NCBI GenBank assembly: GCA_048940925.1
Contig: JBHLOC010000001.1
Span: 64,001-128,000, forward strand
DNA length: 64,000 nucleotides
Direction: 5' to 3'
Origin: Promethearchaeota archaeon
GTDB lineage: Archaea; Asgardarchaeota; Lokiarchaeia; Sigyniarchaeales; SOKP01
Made by a program: the position numbers and the translations under genes. The number at the start of each line of letters is the position of its first letter. The stretch's first letter is position 1. Shown piece by piece: positions 1 through 10,881 of the stretch. Under the pieces are notes generated by a model. That model made no database searches, was not told the DNA's origin, and saw only the letters and a program-made list of their open reading frames with translations.

Positions 1-521
1 CCAGCAAACCATTTTTTATCATTTTCTAAATAAACATATGAATAAAATAAGAAGAACACAATTAAAAAGTTGACATTATTATAATAGGCATCAATACTAT
101 ATCCTACTGTGCCAAATATGTAAAAAATAAGTAAATCCTTTTTATTTTTAAACATTTTTGGAGATTCCTTAAGAACCCAGATTGCTAGTATCAATCTTAA
201 CGTATCCCATACATAAACACCTATTAATTCATTTAGAGGAATAATATATATTGGAAAAAATAAAAAATACCAAAAATAGAGATAATATGGAGGCCATTTA
301 ACACCTTTAGGATGCTCATAGAAATTAACTAGCCCATTTTTCATGCCTTCTAAAAGGATTTTAAAATCGATATCCTTTGTTTGTTTTATCCAAGGTAGGA
401 TTTCAAAAAAATATAACAATATCCTTAAAGTAATAAGGAAAATAGTAATTGTTATGAATATATAGATGAAATATGTGTGAATTGGATATTCTTTCTGATT
501 CTCTTGTTTTTGTTCTAGCAT
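1..521 (-). CDS. Polytopic membrane protein, possibly a GT-C/GT87-like glycosyltransferase (runs off the window start)
   Basis: Not in the ORF track. Read manually from ATG at 521: MLEQKQENQKEYPITHIFHLYIF...DIDF...WPPYYLYFWYFLFFP...NNVNFL, open to position 1, with several hydrophobic segments. Confidence 0.55.
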   Translation of the reverse strand, partial: MLEQKQENQKEYPIHTYFIYIFITITIFLITLRILLYFFEILPWIKQTKDIDFKILLEGMKNGLVNFYEHPKGVKWPPYYLYFWYFLFFPIYIIPLNELIGVYVWDTLRLILAIWVLKESPKMFKNKKDLLIFYIFGTVGYSIDAYYNNVNFLIVFFLFYSYVYLENDKKWFA

Positions 522-686
522 AAATAGTTAATATATATTAAATGAGATTTAAAAGCCTTACTTATATATGTTAATTTATTTAAATCATAATAGAGTAGTA
601 TTTTAAATTTGAAAATAATGTGAAATATATTAACTAAAGATAATTATCATTTCATTGAAAAAGATTAAAAATTATTTGATAATACT

Positions 687-2549
687 TTGAAATCAAGAAA
701 AATTGTAAAAATCTTAGATGCAGAAAAAATAGCTGCTGGAGAAGTTGTTGAACGCCCAGCTAATGTTGTAAAAGAACTTATAGAAAATAGTGTAGATGCA
801 GAAGCTACAGAAATAAGAATAATTGTTAAGAAAGCGGGAAAATCATTAATTCAAGTGATTGACAATGGATTAGGAATCTCACCTGAAGATATAGAAATTG
901 CCTTTGAAAGGCATACAAGCAGTAAAATAAGGAGTATTGAAGATTTAGCAGATTTATCTACTTTAGGTTTTAGAGGAGAAGCACTTGCTAGTATATGTGC
1001 AGTGAGCCAAGTTAAAATTACTTCACGAATCAAAGGAAATGAAACAGGTGTACATTTAGTTATTGAAGGAGGTAATATAATCTCTAAAAATGAAGTTTCT
1101 TGCCCTATTGGGACTAATATTATAGTAAAAAATCTTTTTTATAATATTCCTGCGAGACAGAAATTTCTTAAAAAAGATTCGACAGAATTGGGACATATAA
1201 CCGATATAGTTCAACGATATTCTTTAGCATTTCCAGAACTTCACTTTATTTATCGACACAATGATTTAGATATTTTGAATTGTCCAGCTAATAATGATCT
1301 TAAGACAACAATATTTCATATATATGGAAAGCAGACTGCTAACTTAATGGAGCATATAAATTACTATAGCGAAGATTCCCCATTTAGATTATATGGGTTA
1401 TTAGGACATCCTCAAATAGCAAAAAAGAGTAGAATATATTCAAGTTTGTTTTTAAATCGTCGTTATATTGTCAGTGACATATTGTATAGATCAGTAAAAG
1501 AAGCATATGAAGGAACAATGATGGTAAGTAGATATCCGTTTTATGTAATATTTATTGACCTTGATCCCTCCACAGTAGATTTTAATATTCATCCTAAAAA
1601 ACTTCATGTCAGATTTGAAAAAGAGGAAGAATTGTTTAATAAAGTCTACAGAATAATTCGAGATTTTATTGAAGATAAATTTATAACAAAAGAAGCTAAA
1701 TATATATCTACTGAATTGGGAGAATTTCTACCCCTCAAAGATAAAAAAGAACAATCATCTAGAAAAGATTTAGAGTTAAAAGAAGATTTGTTAGAAACAA
1801 ATGAAATTTTAACACAAAAAAATCAAAAAATTGAAGAGAGTGTTCAGTTGAGCTTAATTGACCAAGTCCTTAAAGAGAAAAAGGGAAGTAAAATTTTATC
1901 AGAATCATATTTAAGGGAAAAATATATAATTTCTAAAGACTTTCCTAAAGTACGTCTAATTTCTTACACAGGTCAACTAAGCAACAAAACTTATGTTGTT
2001 TTGGAGGGCATTAATGAAAATGATGAAGAGGGTTTATTTATTTTAGATCAACATGCTGCCGCAGAAAGAATTAAAAAAGAACAACTTCTAGAATTATATG
2101 AAGGTACTAAAAAAAATATACAAAAATTAATTTCACCTTTAAAATTCGAGGTTGCCCCAAGTGAAAAAATCTTTTTAACAGATAATCTAGGTGAAATAAA
2201 GAAACTGGGATTTTTATTTGAGTATTTTGGTGGAAATACCTTTCTTTTAAGAGGGATTCCTGTTATTATGCATAAAGTTCCAGAAGTTAATATTATAAAA
2301 GAAATTATTAGCGATATTACCTTGATTGGTAAAGATAAAACTTTTTCAGGGGTGAAGGAGGAAATTATTAATTATTTAGCGTGTCACAAAAGCATTAGAG
2401 GTGGAGATGATCTAACATTAAAAGATATAAGAAACTTATTATTGGATTTAGCTGATTGTAAAGATTCGTATCATTGTGCCCATGGCAGACCTACTTTAAG
2501 ATTTTTTTCTTTTAAAGAGTTAGACAAATTATTTAAAAGAACTGGTTAG
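687..2549 (+). CDS. mutL: DNA mismatch repair endonuclease MutL
   Basis: KIAAGEVVERPA, GFRGEAL (GHKL ATPase), DQHAAAERI endonuclease motif, C-terminal CAHGRP. Confidence 0.97.
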   Translation: MKSRKIVKILDAEKIAAGEVVERPANVVKELIENSVDAEATEIRIIVKKAGKSLIQVIDNGLGISPEDIEIAFERHTSSKIRSIEDLADLSTLGFRGEALASICAVSQVKITSRIKGNETGVHLVIEGGNIISKNEVSCPIGTNIIVKNLFYNIPARQKFLKKDSTELGHITDIVQRYSLAFPELHFIYRHNDLDILNCPANNDLKTTIFHIYGKQTANLMEHINYYSEDSPFRLYGLLGHPQIAKKSRIYSSLFLNRRYIVSDILYRSVKEAYEGTMMVSRYPFYVIFIDLDPSTVDFNIHPKKLHVRFEKEEELFNKVYRIIRDFIEDKFITKEAKYISTELGEFLPLKDKKEQSSRKDLELKEDLLETNEILTQKNQKIEESVQLSLIDQVLKEKKGSKILSESYLREKYIISKDFPKVRLISYTGQLSNKTYVVLEGINENDEEGLFILDQHAAAERIKKEQLLELYEGTKKNIQKLISPLKFEVAPSEKIFLTDNLGEIKKLGFLFEYFGGNTFLLRGIPVIMHKVPEVNIIKEIISDITLIGKDKTFSGVKEEIINYLACHKSIRGGDDLTLKDIRNLLLDLADCKDSYHCAHGRPTLRFFSFKELDKLFKRTG

Positions 2550-2586
2550 AAATAATAATAATCATAGCAAAACTTTTTATTCCATC

Positions 2587-2853
2587 TTACGCTTTTGAAA
2601 AAGCGATAGCTTCAATGGCTTGTATCCCGCCGACTTGTCCGAATAGTTCTTCAAGTCTATCAGTACCACCCCATTCTTCAGGATATCTAACTCTAACTCT
2701 TGCTTTTTTTAATCCAAAAGCAACAGGTATAATTTCATAACGTTCAATAATACATTTATCAGCTATCGCTTTTTTTAACTTTTCAACAAGATTTTCAAAA
2801 TCTATGTCAGTTTCATCTGGAATTACATCAATTAAAGCAATATATTCTCCCAT
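2587..2853 (-). CDS. ef1b: Archaeal elongation factor 1-beta
   Basis: 88 aa, PVAFGLKK motif, GGTD.LEE. Confidence 0.93.
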   Translation of the reverse strand: MGEYIALIDVIPDETDIDFENLVEKLKKAIADKCIIERYEIIPVAFGLKKARVRVRYPEEWGGTDRLEELFGQVGGIQAIEAIAFSKA

Positions 2854-2967
2854 TTTAATTTCCTTTTCAATTTTTTAATAAAACTTGACTTAAAATTATA
2901 ATATTCTTTTTTTAGTATTATAAAATAAAGTCCAATTCATTCTAGTTAGATTTTTCTATTTCTTATT

Positions 2968-3141
2968 TTAAGGCCCTATAAATTCGCATTTTAAGCATTT
3001 ATACGAATTTCCTGATTGTCTACAACGTTCACATCTCCAAATAGTAACATCTCCGCATTGAGGACAAGGAAAATGAACTGCTGCTTCATAAGGAGCAATA
3101 GGTCTTCCACAACCGAAACAAATGTTTTTCTTGTAACTCAT
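2968..3141 (-). CDS. Small double zinc-ribbon protein (HVO_2753/DUF1610-like), the usual upstream neighbour of aEF-1beta
   Basis: Not in the ORF track (57 aa). Manual translation MSYKKNICFGCGRPIAPYEAAVHFPCPQCGDVTIWRCERCRQSGNSYKCLKCEFIGP has four CxxC pairs and the GP terminus. Confidence 0.9.
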   Translation of the reverse strand: MSYKKNICFGCGRPIAPYEAAVHFPCPQCGDVTIWRCERCRQSGNSYKCLKCEFIGP

Positions 3142-3385
3142 AGATAAATCAATTATTACTTTAATAAGACTTGGATTTTAAAATAAATTATAATTTTAAT
3201 TATTTTTGGTTTTGATAATTAGAACTGATTGAAAAACTTTTATATGATTAACTGTATAAATTTAATTTAATTATTATAGGAAAAAGAGTAAATTAAATTT
3301 TAAATTAATTAACAATATTATTAGTATATACATCATTTGAATATTTTTAAAGAATTTCTCTAAATATAAGGAAGGTAAGAATTCA

Positions 3386-3916
3386 ATGCCAGAGAATAAA
3401 GTAAAAAAATATTTTTCTTTGATTGAAGCATGGGCTTGGTGTGATATCTGCGAAGATATGGTGGCTTTGAGAATTGACAAGAAAGAAATCATTGATGGAT
3501 TGAAGATGGGTATATATACAAAGGAATATAGACATTCAAACCCTTATCCTAATCCTGATGACACAGAAGACCTTTCTGGTCAAGAACATACTGTGTATGT
3601 CTATATTAATGATAATTTTGATGTTACGGGTGTAAAAACATTCTTTGGAGAATCTCTTAGCACTGAAGAAATTGTTGCAGAAACTGTTCAAGCAGGAGGT
3701 GAAGTAAGGATTCCAATAGTTGTCAAAGAGATTTCACCAATGGCGGTTCAATTAGGAATGCTTACAAAAGAAGAATTTATGGTCTTAAAGATTTGCGATG
3801 GTATGAATTCCCTTGAGCAAGTAGCTGAGATTGCTCAGAAAAGTATAGAGGAAATTGAAACAATGATGGATAAGCTAAGAAAAAAAGGTTTAGTTAAAGT
3901 TATTAGAAGAACTTAA
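3386..3916 (+). CDS. Hypothetical protein with an N-terminal CxxC/His region and a C-terminal winged-HTH
   Basis: WCDIC...HS...HTV; C-terminal ICDGMNSLEQVAEIAQKSIEEIETMMDKLRKKGLVKV fits a wHTH pattern. Confidence 0.65.
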   Translation: MPENKVKKYFSLIEAWAWCDICEDMVALRIDKKEIIDGLKMGIYTKEYRHSNPYPNPDDTEDLSGQEHTVYVYINDNFDVTGVKTFFGESLSTEEIVAETVQAGGEVRIPIVVKEISPMAVQLGMLTKEEFMVLKICDGMNSLEQVAEIAQKSIEEIETMMDKLRKKGLVKVIRRT

Positions 3917-4078
3917 TCTTTTACTACCCAATTTTAGTTCTAATTTTTTTGGGTTTTGAACTCCTTTTTAATATTTAATATTTAGAATAAAATTTACCAA
4001 TCAAATTATAAAAAGAGATATAATTGTATTTTCTTTTGTTAGAATTCAATAGAATGTTATTGTATTAACCCTATTTGA

Positions 4079-4738
4079 TTAAGAATTTTTTTGCGATTTT
4101 ATTTTTTTTCCACCCTCTTTTAATCCTAAGTGAAGAGCTTTTATATTTTTATCAGGATCTCTAAGCCATTCTTTTATTACTTCTTCGTAATGTTCAATTT
4201 CAATAAAAGGCAATTTACCAGTTGGGATGGCGAAACCAAGCATGATGAGATTCATATATAGATTCGAATTAAATTCTCTCAAAGCCAATTCTGTAGCATT
4301 TATAAAATATACATTATTAGAATACTTACTAAGTATCTCTTTTATATTATCTAAGGAGGGATATGCTTCTAAATTTGCAGTAATCATAATTCCTGGAATA
4401 GTTCTTGAGTTTAAAACAAATGAGGTCTTAGTCGAAGCAAATATTCCTCTACGTAACGCTTCTACTGGTTCAAAACAAATATAGAGATCTGCATCTCCAT
4501 TACATACAAGAGGACATTGTAGATTTTTTCTTTCATCTTTAAGGATTTTTTTTTGATAACGTGTATGGCTCATGATAGCTCCCTCTCGCTGTGCAAGGCC
4601 ATGATCTTCAGATCCAAAACTTCTTTCAACACCAGCCTTCTGTGAAGCAAATTCAATTAATCTCTTTAAGGTTATTACACCCTGTCCTGCAGTACCAGCA
4701 ATTACAATATTTACTATATCTGTTTCTTTAAACTTCAC
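4079..4738 (-). CDS. iorB: Indolepyruvate:ferredoxin oxidoreductase beta subunit
   Basis: IAGTAGQGV, EDHGLAQREGAI, EPVEALR; overlaps iorA by 11 nt. Confidence 0.9.
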   Translation of the reverse strand: MKFKETDIVNIVIAGTAGQGVITLKRLIEFASQKAGVERSFGSEDHGLAQREGAIMSHTRYQKKILKDERKNLQCPLVCNGDADLYICFEPVEALRRGIFASTKTSFVLNSRTIPGIMITANLEAYPSLDNIKEILSKYSNNVYFINATELALREFNSNLYMNLIMLGFAIPTGKLPFIEIEHYEEVIKEWLRDPDKNIKALHLGLKEGGKKIKSQKNS

Positions 4739-6671
4739 GGAAAGGCACCTCTGTGTCTAATGAGTTATAGATAGTTTTGTGAATTGCTCCGTTTGGGCAA
4801 ATCTCATAACATACTCCACATTTTATACAACGATCTTGATCAATTTGCATAGACTCAATTCCATCAACTTCAGTTCTTCTTATTGCTGGGCAACTTAAAA
4901 TTCGTGCACAATCATAACACATTTGACATCCATGAATTAGGTATTCTATTTCTTGCACTTTCTTGTCTTGTTCCTTAATTCTGCGTATTTGATCCATTCT
5001 CCATCTATGTGCTTGTAGCCCACATTCACGTTTTATGATTATTACTTTTAAACCATCATTATGTAAAGCTTCCTCAATACTTTTTATCAATTTTTTTGGT
5101 TTATATGAATCTTCTACTCGTATCCATGGAACGCCTATTGCTTTACATAAACTTTCAATTGAAAATCCTTGATTAATTAAGTATCTAAGGACGTCATTTT
5201 GATGACCAGTCATTGCTGTCCAAGAGTTTTCAAAAATAATAAGTAAGATGTTTGAGTTATATCCAACTGCTTCTGTTAATGGAGACATACCGGTATGAAA
5301 GAATGTAGAATCCCCAATCATAGCAACTACTTTTTGATTTGTTTTTGTTGACATCCCAATTGCTGCACTTAATCCTCCCGACATGCAAATTACTAAATCT
5401 GAACATTGTTGAGGTGGGAAAAAGGACATTACGTAGCATCCAATATCTCCACAAATTATAGTGTTTTCTAAATGATTAGTTGCCTTTAATATTGAATAAA
5501 GAGTGGCGCGTTCAGGACACCCAGCACAAAATGTTGGAAACCTACTAGGGATAATATCTTTATATGAATTGAAATATTCAATACTTTTTATCAATTGTAT
5601 ATTAGGTTGTTTATTAAATATCTTAGCTAAACGTTCTGCTACTAATCCCGTAGAATATTCGTTATATTTAGGGAAGTACTTTTGTCCAAGGATATCAACA
5701 TTTATTTTATAATTATGTGCGATTTCGGATATTTTGGTTTCTAAAAATGGTTCTAATTCTTCGATAACAATTACTTTTTCAAGATTTTGAATATAATTGA
5801 TAATTTGCTCGTAATTTAATGGATACACCATTCCAAGCTTTAAAACTGAGATATTATTTAACTCTAATTGATTCAATGCTTCTAACGTATATCCAAAAGG
5901 CATTCCGCTTGTTATTATACCTACATTGTTTTCTCCAGGAATTATTTTGTTTAGTCCTAAGCGTGGAATTGTCTCTCGCAATTTTTCAATGCGTTCATAT
6001 AATCTAATATGGTTATTAATCGCATGTGGTGGTAATGAATTGAATTTAGGAATATTTCTAATAAATTCCCCCTTGTTTTTGCCTTTTACCAATGGATTTA
6101 ATTCAACGTACCCTCTAGAATGAGCACTTCTAGTTGTGGTTCTGATATTCATAACTAAATCATATTTTTCTGAAAGATCAAATGCTAATTTAATCCAATC
6201 CTTACATTCTTGAGGTGAATGGGGCTCAATAGTGGAAAGGTGGAGCATCCATGCATAAAACCGTTCATTTTGTTCCTGATGAGAACCAAGTGATCCAGGA
6301 TCAGCACCAACAGAGACAACCATCCCGCCTGGATTCGGACCATTTAACGCAATTACGCTTAAAGCATCACTAGCTACATTTAATCCAACATGTTTCATAG
6401 GGTTAAAACTTCTACATCCTGTCCATGCGGCTCCCGCACAGGAAGAAGTTGCAACTGCTTCATTTACAGCCCATTGATGAGTTAAATATTCTTTTATTTC
6501 TGGATTGGTTCTTAATATTTGATGAAAATATTCTCCAATATCGCTAGTAGGGGTACCAGGATACTGAGATACATAAGATACACCTGCTTCTAAGCAACCT
6601 CTTACAAGAGCCTCATTTCCAAGCATCAAAACTTTACCTTCATCAACTCTAAAGCGGTTATCTTTTTCCAT
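4728..6671 (-). CDS. iorA: Indolepyruvate:ferredoxin oxidoreductase alpha subunit
   Basis: LGNEAL..G, YPGTP, KHVGLNVASD, FCAGCPER, GDIGCY, TPP motif GDSTFFH, C-terminal [4Fe-4S] motifs. Confidence 0.95.
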   Translation of the reverse strand: MEKDNRFRVDEGKVLMLGNEALVRGCLEAGVSYVSQYPGTPTSDIGEYFHQILRTNPEIKEYLTHQWAVNEAVATSSCAGAAWTGCRSFNPMKHVGLNVASDALSVIALNGPNPGGMVVSVGADPGSLGSHQEQNERFYAWMLHLSTIEPHSPQECKDWIKLAFDLSEKYDLVMNIRTTTRSAHSRGYVELNPLVKGKNKGEFIRNIPKFNSLPPHAINNHIRLYERIEKLRETIPRLGLNKIIPGENNVGIITSGMPFGYTLEALNQLELNNISVLKLGMVYPLNYEQIINYIQNLEKVIVIEELEPFLETKISEIAHNYKINVDILGQKYFPKYNEYSTGLVAERLAKIFNKQPNIQLIKSIEYFNSYKDIIPSRFPTFCAGCPERATLYSILKATNHLENTIICGDIGCYVMSFFPPQQCSDLVICMSGGLSAAIGMSTKTNQKVVAMIGDSTFFHTGMSPLTEAVGYNSNILLIIFENSWTAMTGHQNDVLRYLINQGFSIESLCKAIGVPWIRVEDSYKPKKLIKSIEEALHNDGLKVIIIKRECGLQAHRWRMDQIRRIKEQDKKVQEIEYLIHGCQMCYDCARILSCPAIRRTEVDGIESMQIDQDRCIKCGVCYEICPNGAIHKTIYNSLDTEVPFREV

Positions 6672-6786
6672 GAAAAAACCCTCTTATACTGTTTTAAATT
6701 AATTTATCTTTTAATAAACAATATAAAAAATATAATTTACTATTATCAGAAGTTAAGTTAAAAACTAATAAATAGATAATCTAAAA

Positions 6787-7320
6787 TTAGACAGTATCTT
6801 CTAGCATTTTTCTCGTTATGTTTTCAAAAAGTATTTCTACATTTTCACCAGTTTTAGAAGAACATTCATAAAATCCCTGTAAATTGTAATTGTTTGACAG
6901 TTCTTGGGCTTCTTCTGCTTCAACAGATCTTTTATCCTGTAAGTCCGCTTTTCCTCCTATCATAATTATTGGTATTTTTATTTGTTCATCGGAAACAAAG
7001 TATTCAAAAATAGAGAGCCAATCTTTCATGTTATTAAGACTAGAATATCTTGTTATATCATACATAAAGATTCCTCCGTCTGCTCCCTTTGCAAAGCTTG
7101 GTAACAGCACTCTAAAGCGTTTTTCTCCTGCAAAATCCCATATCCGAAGAGTAACTCTTTGACCATCTATTTCTAAATTTTTTACACTAAAATCGGCACC
7201 AATCGTCATTTTTATATCTTTTTCAAATACTCTAGTGACAAACCGTCTAATTAATGTAGTTTTCCCTACTCCACCATCTCCAAATATACACAATTTAAAA
7301 GCTCTCTTTTGTTCTGTCAA
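6787..7320 (-). CDS. Ras/Rab-like small GTPase
   Basis: GDGGVGKT, TIGADF, WDFAGE, GKAD, SSKTGENV. Confidence 0.93.
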   Translation of the reverse strand: MTEQKRAFKLCIFGDGGVGKTTLIRRFVTRVFEKDIKMTIGADFSVKNLEIDGQRVTLRIWDFAGEKRFRVLLPSFAKGADGGIFMYDITRYSSLNNMKDWLSIFEYFVSDEQIKIPIIMIGGKADLQDKRSVEAEEAQELSNNYNLQGFYECSSKTGENVEILFENITRKMLEDTV

Positions 7321-7380
7321 TTTTAACGCCTAATTTCTAATTAAATTATAAATTTGTGTAAAGATAAAAATTCTTGAAAT

Positions 7381-7812
7381 TCATTTTATTATATCAGTTA
7401 TAAAGCAAGTTTCAATAATCTTTATTCCTTGGATTTGAGAAATTTTCTTTTCGATCAATGGGTTAAAATTTTCAATTGATGGAATATCAACTTTTAAAAT
7501 TAATCCACAATCTCCAGATAAACGCCAAATATTAGATATCTCATCAATTTCTTTTAATTCTTTCAAAATCCGTTTAATATTTTTAAAATCAGGCTCGATT
7601 TTTATGGTAGCACTAATATTTGGTGTTATATTATTTTCATATTCAATTGTAAAATGTTTGATAATTCCCTCTTCAATAAGTTTTTTGACACGTCTTCTTA
7701 CTGTAGCTTCAGTTTTATTAATTTTTTTACTAATATCATTAAATGAGATTCGGCTATTATTTTTTAATTCCTCTAATATCTTTTCGTCAATTACATCTAC
7801 TTTTTTAGGCAA
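7381..7812 (-). CDS. Lrp/AsnC family transcriptional regulator
   Basis: N-terminal HTH (NSRISFNDISKKINKTEATVRRRVKKLIEEGII) plus RAM-like domain (LSGDCGL). Confidence 0.9.
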   Translation of the reverse strand: MPKKVDVIDEKILEELKNNSRISFNDISKKINKTEATVRRRVKKLIEEGIIKHFTIEYENNITPNISATIKIEPDFKNIKRILKELKEIDEISNIWRLSGDCGLILKVDIPSIENFNPLIEKKISQIQGIKIIETCFITDIIK

Positions 7813-8205
7813 TTTTAACCTACTATTATAATAACTATGTAATTTTATCTAAACTAGGTATAAATTGTGAAAATTTGTTTATTAAATTAATTTTTTCCAT
7901 AAAAATATGACTATTCTATCAAACTTTCCCTTTATTTAATTTTTATAATGAATAGTTAGAACCATTTATAAGAAGACTAAAGATAAGGCTTATTTTAATT
8001 TATCTAAAGAATTTATTATAATAATATAATTATAATATGATCATATGATGTAAGATTTCAAAAATATAGATGACTAATTTTGAAAACAATTTAATATTTT
8101 GATTAATTTTTCTAACTTAGATTTATTTATTATTAAAATTATTGTGCAATGATTTAATTCTAAACTTAACTGTAAAAAAAATATCAAATTATTTTAGATG
8201 ATTAT

Positions 8206-9687
8206 ATGACCGAAAATCAATATGATTTAGCCATAATAGGAGCAGGTCCTGGAGGATACCATGCAGCTATAAGAGCTGCACAATACGGAGCAAAAGTTGC
8301 TTTAATAGAAAAAGATAAATTAGGAGGGACCTGTCTTAACTGGGGTTGTATTCCGACAAAAGCATTGTATGCATCAGCTCATTTGATTGAAAAACTAAAA
8401 GATGCTAATAAATTTGGATTAGAAATCTCTAATTATAATTTAGATTTTAGAAAAGCGGTTGAAAGAAAAAACGAAGTTGTAGAGGAACTCGTTGGTGGAA
8501 TTGAACAGTTAGAGAGAGCTTGGAAGAATGATTTATATAAGGGTCATGGTAAAATTATTGAAGGCGATATTAATAAAGGGTTTGAGATTTCAATTGAAGG
8601 AGATGATATTTCCCTAATTAAAGCAAAAAGAGTAATTATCGCGACAGGCTCCTCACCTGCTCTAATTCCTTCATTTAATATTGATCATGAACGTATTCTA
8701 ACAAGTGATGATATTTTACATCCCGATTTTAAAACTGTACCAGAGAGACTTTTAATTATTGGTGCTGGAGTTATTGGCTGTGAATTTGCTAATATTTTCA
8801 CAAGATTTGGTAGCAAGATAACTATGCTTGAATACCTTCCTTCTGCAATTGCTACAGAAGAACCTATGATTGTAAAGGTTTTAATGAAAAAATTTGAAGA
8901 ATTAGGAATTGAACTACACACTTCCAAAAATGTATTATCCGTAGAAAATACCGGTTCTGGAGTAATAGCTACAACATGTGATGCGTCTGTTCCGCGAGAT
9001 CAAACTGATTCTGTCGAAAAATCTATCTACGAAGCTGATTTATGTCTGGTCTCTATTGGACGCGCAAAAATATCTAAAAACCTTGGATTAGAAAATATTG
9101 GAATAGAAACTGATCGTGGCGCTATAAAAGTTAATAGAGATACATTAGAGACTTCGGTGAAAGGAATTTATGCAATTGGAGACGTGACAGGAGGACTTAT
9201 GCTTGCTCATGTTGCCAGTTATGAAGGGGATATCGCAGTTGTAAATGCTTTAGCTAGTATTGGAGGTTTCCCTGTTATTGAAATGAAACCTGATTACACT
9301 GTAGTCCCGGCAACAATTTTTACATCACCCAATATAGGTTCTGTAGGCTATAGAAGGAAAGTTGCTAAAGATATGGGTATGGACGTCTTAATGGGTCAAT
9401 TTCCTTATCAATCCCTAGGTAAAGCTAAATGTATGGGTGAAGAATTAGGATTTTTGATGGTATTATGCGAAAAGGAAACCCATAAAATTATTGGCGCCTC
9501 TTGTATTGGCGCTGAAGCACCCGAATTAATATCTGAGATCGCATTAGCAATGCAAAATGGCTTAACAATTCATGATGTCGCAGACACCATCCATAGCCAT
9601 CCCACAATATCAGAAATGGTATTAGAGGCATGTGAAGCAACAGTAGGTAAAGCTATTCATAAGAAAGGACGTCCGATTCATAATTAG
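8206..9687 (+). CDS. lpdA: Dihydrolipoyl dehydrogenase (E3 / L-protein)
   Basis: GAGPGG, GGTCLNWGCIPTK redox disulfide, GAGVIG, HSHPTISE. Confidence 0.95.
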   Translation: MTENQYDLAIIGAGPGGYHAAIRAAQYGAKVALIEKDKLGGTCLNWGCIPTKALYASAHLIEKLKDANKFGLEISNYNLDFRKAVERKNEVVEELVGGIEQLERAWKNDLYKGHGKIIEGDINKGFEISIEGDDISLIKAKRVIIATGSSPALIPSFNIDHERILTSDDILHPDFKTVPERLLIIGAGVIGCEFANIFTRFGSKITMLEYLPSAIATEEPMIVKVLMKKFEELGIELHTSKNVLSVENTGSGVIATTCDASVPRDQTDSVEKSIYEADLCLVSIGRAKISKNLGLENIGIETDRGAIKVNRDTLETSVKGIYAIGDVTGGLMLAHVASYEGDIAVVNALASIGGFPVIEMKPDYTVVPATIFTSPNIGSVGYRRKVAKDMGMDVLMGQFPYQSLGKAKCMGEELGFLMVLCEKETHKIIGASCIGAEAPELISEIALAMQNGLTIHDVADTIHSHPTISEMVLEACEATVGKAIHKKGRPIHN

Positions 9688-9718
9688 TTCTTCTTTTTCA
9701 AGAAAAATCTTGAAATGA

Positions 9719-10639
9719 TTATATATTTTTTCTTTTTTTTTGATATTTTATTATAAAAACTATTCCTACGATGAACACGGCTATTATAATAAAAATTACC
9801 CATGTGTAGCTATTATCTAAGGCCATGATATCAATGAATTTTTCTAATGTTGTTAATTCTCTATAAAATCTCATTCCAACACTCATCCTGAAAATATTTA
9901 TATTATCCCATTCATATGCAAAGGTTTTTCCTCCATTAAATTCTATAACATAAGGGCCTGAAACATTAGGAATTTGATCGACTTTATAGTAAGCTGTAGA
10001 AAATATTGGTTGTTTTCCGTACACTTGAAGTTCTACTCTTCCTGTGGTATTACCTATCCATTTTTGCGAAGTTCCTAAATAATACATTAAAAAGAAAAAA
10101 TCTCTAGAATCTAAAGGATTCTCCAATAAACTTTTGAATTGATATCTTATAATTAGAGTGCTATTTCTTAGAAATGTAATATTGCTTTTAATAAATGTAA
10201 GTGGATAAATATTAACTGATCGTGGTAAGAAATATATGTCTACTTTAGCAAAATTTGTTTTCCAAGTTGGTATATCAAATAAATCGTAAGGAATTTGAGT
10301 TTGATTAGTAAGTATTTGTACTGTAAATTCAGTGATATTGAGGGCTAGTGAGAAAGGGAGTATTACAGTTACAGTATTAGTATTTCCGTGATTAGATATT
10401 GTATAGTTTGCATTAAAAGAAATACTCGCTTTTCTCAAGGACTTAGTTGTGTTAATTGTAATAAGAGTACTAGTGTGAGAAAGCTGAAGGGGTAATGTAC
10501 AATTTGGAAAAATTTCTCCAATAATTTGGTCTGGGAGAGGTGCAGGATTAGGAGCTGACACATAAGGAGTAGAAATTGATGCATGTAGAAATAATATAAA
10601 AGAAAATAAAATAGCATAAATTTTTTTTTGGGTCTTCAT
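9719..10639 (-). CDS. Secreted/surface protein with signal peptide and C-terminal membrane anchor
   Basis: N-terminal hydrophobic signal, several N-x-S/T sequons, C-terminal TM followed by KYQKKRK. Confidence 0.7.
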   Translation of the reverse strand: MKTQKKIYAILFSFILFLHASISTPYVSAPNPAPLPDQIIGEIFPNCTLPLQLSHTSTLITINTTKSLRKASISFNANYTISNHGNTNTVTVILPFSLALNITEFTVQILTNQTQIPYDLFDIPTWKTNFAKVDIYFLPRSVNIYPLTFIKSNITFLRNSTLIIRYQFKSLLENPLDSRDFFFLMYYLGTSQKWIGNTTGRVELQVYGKQPIFSTAYYKVDQIPNVSGPYVIEFNGGKTFAYEWDNINIFRMSVGMRFYRELTTLEKFIDIMALDNSYTWVIFIIIAVFIVGIVFIIKYQKKRKNI

Positions 10640-10881
10640 AATTCACACGCTTCAAAGGATCAGATTCTATATTTAAATCTATCGGTAGAGTTTATTAGAA
10701 TTATCTAATATTATGAAAAGAAGAGCAAAAAGAAGATAACAATCTTGAGATTATTTAATAATCTTGATATTTTTTTTCATCCTTATTTGTAAAGATTTAT
10801 ATAATATAGTGTAAGTTATATCAATTGCATAAATTTCAATTTTAAAATTATTCCTAAAAATAATAGAGGGTAATACAAAAA

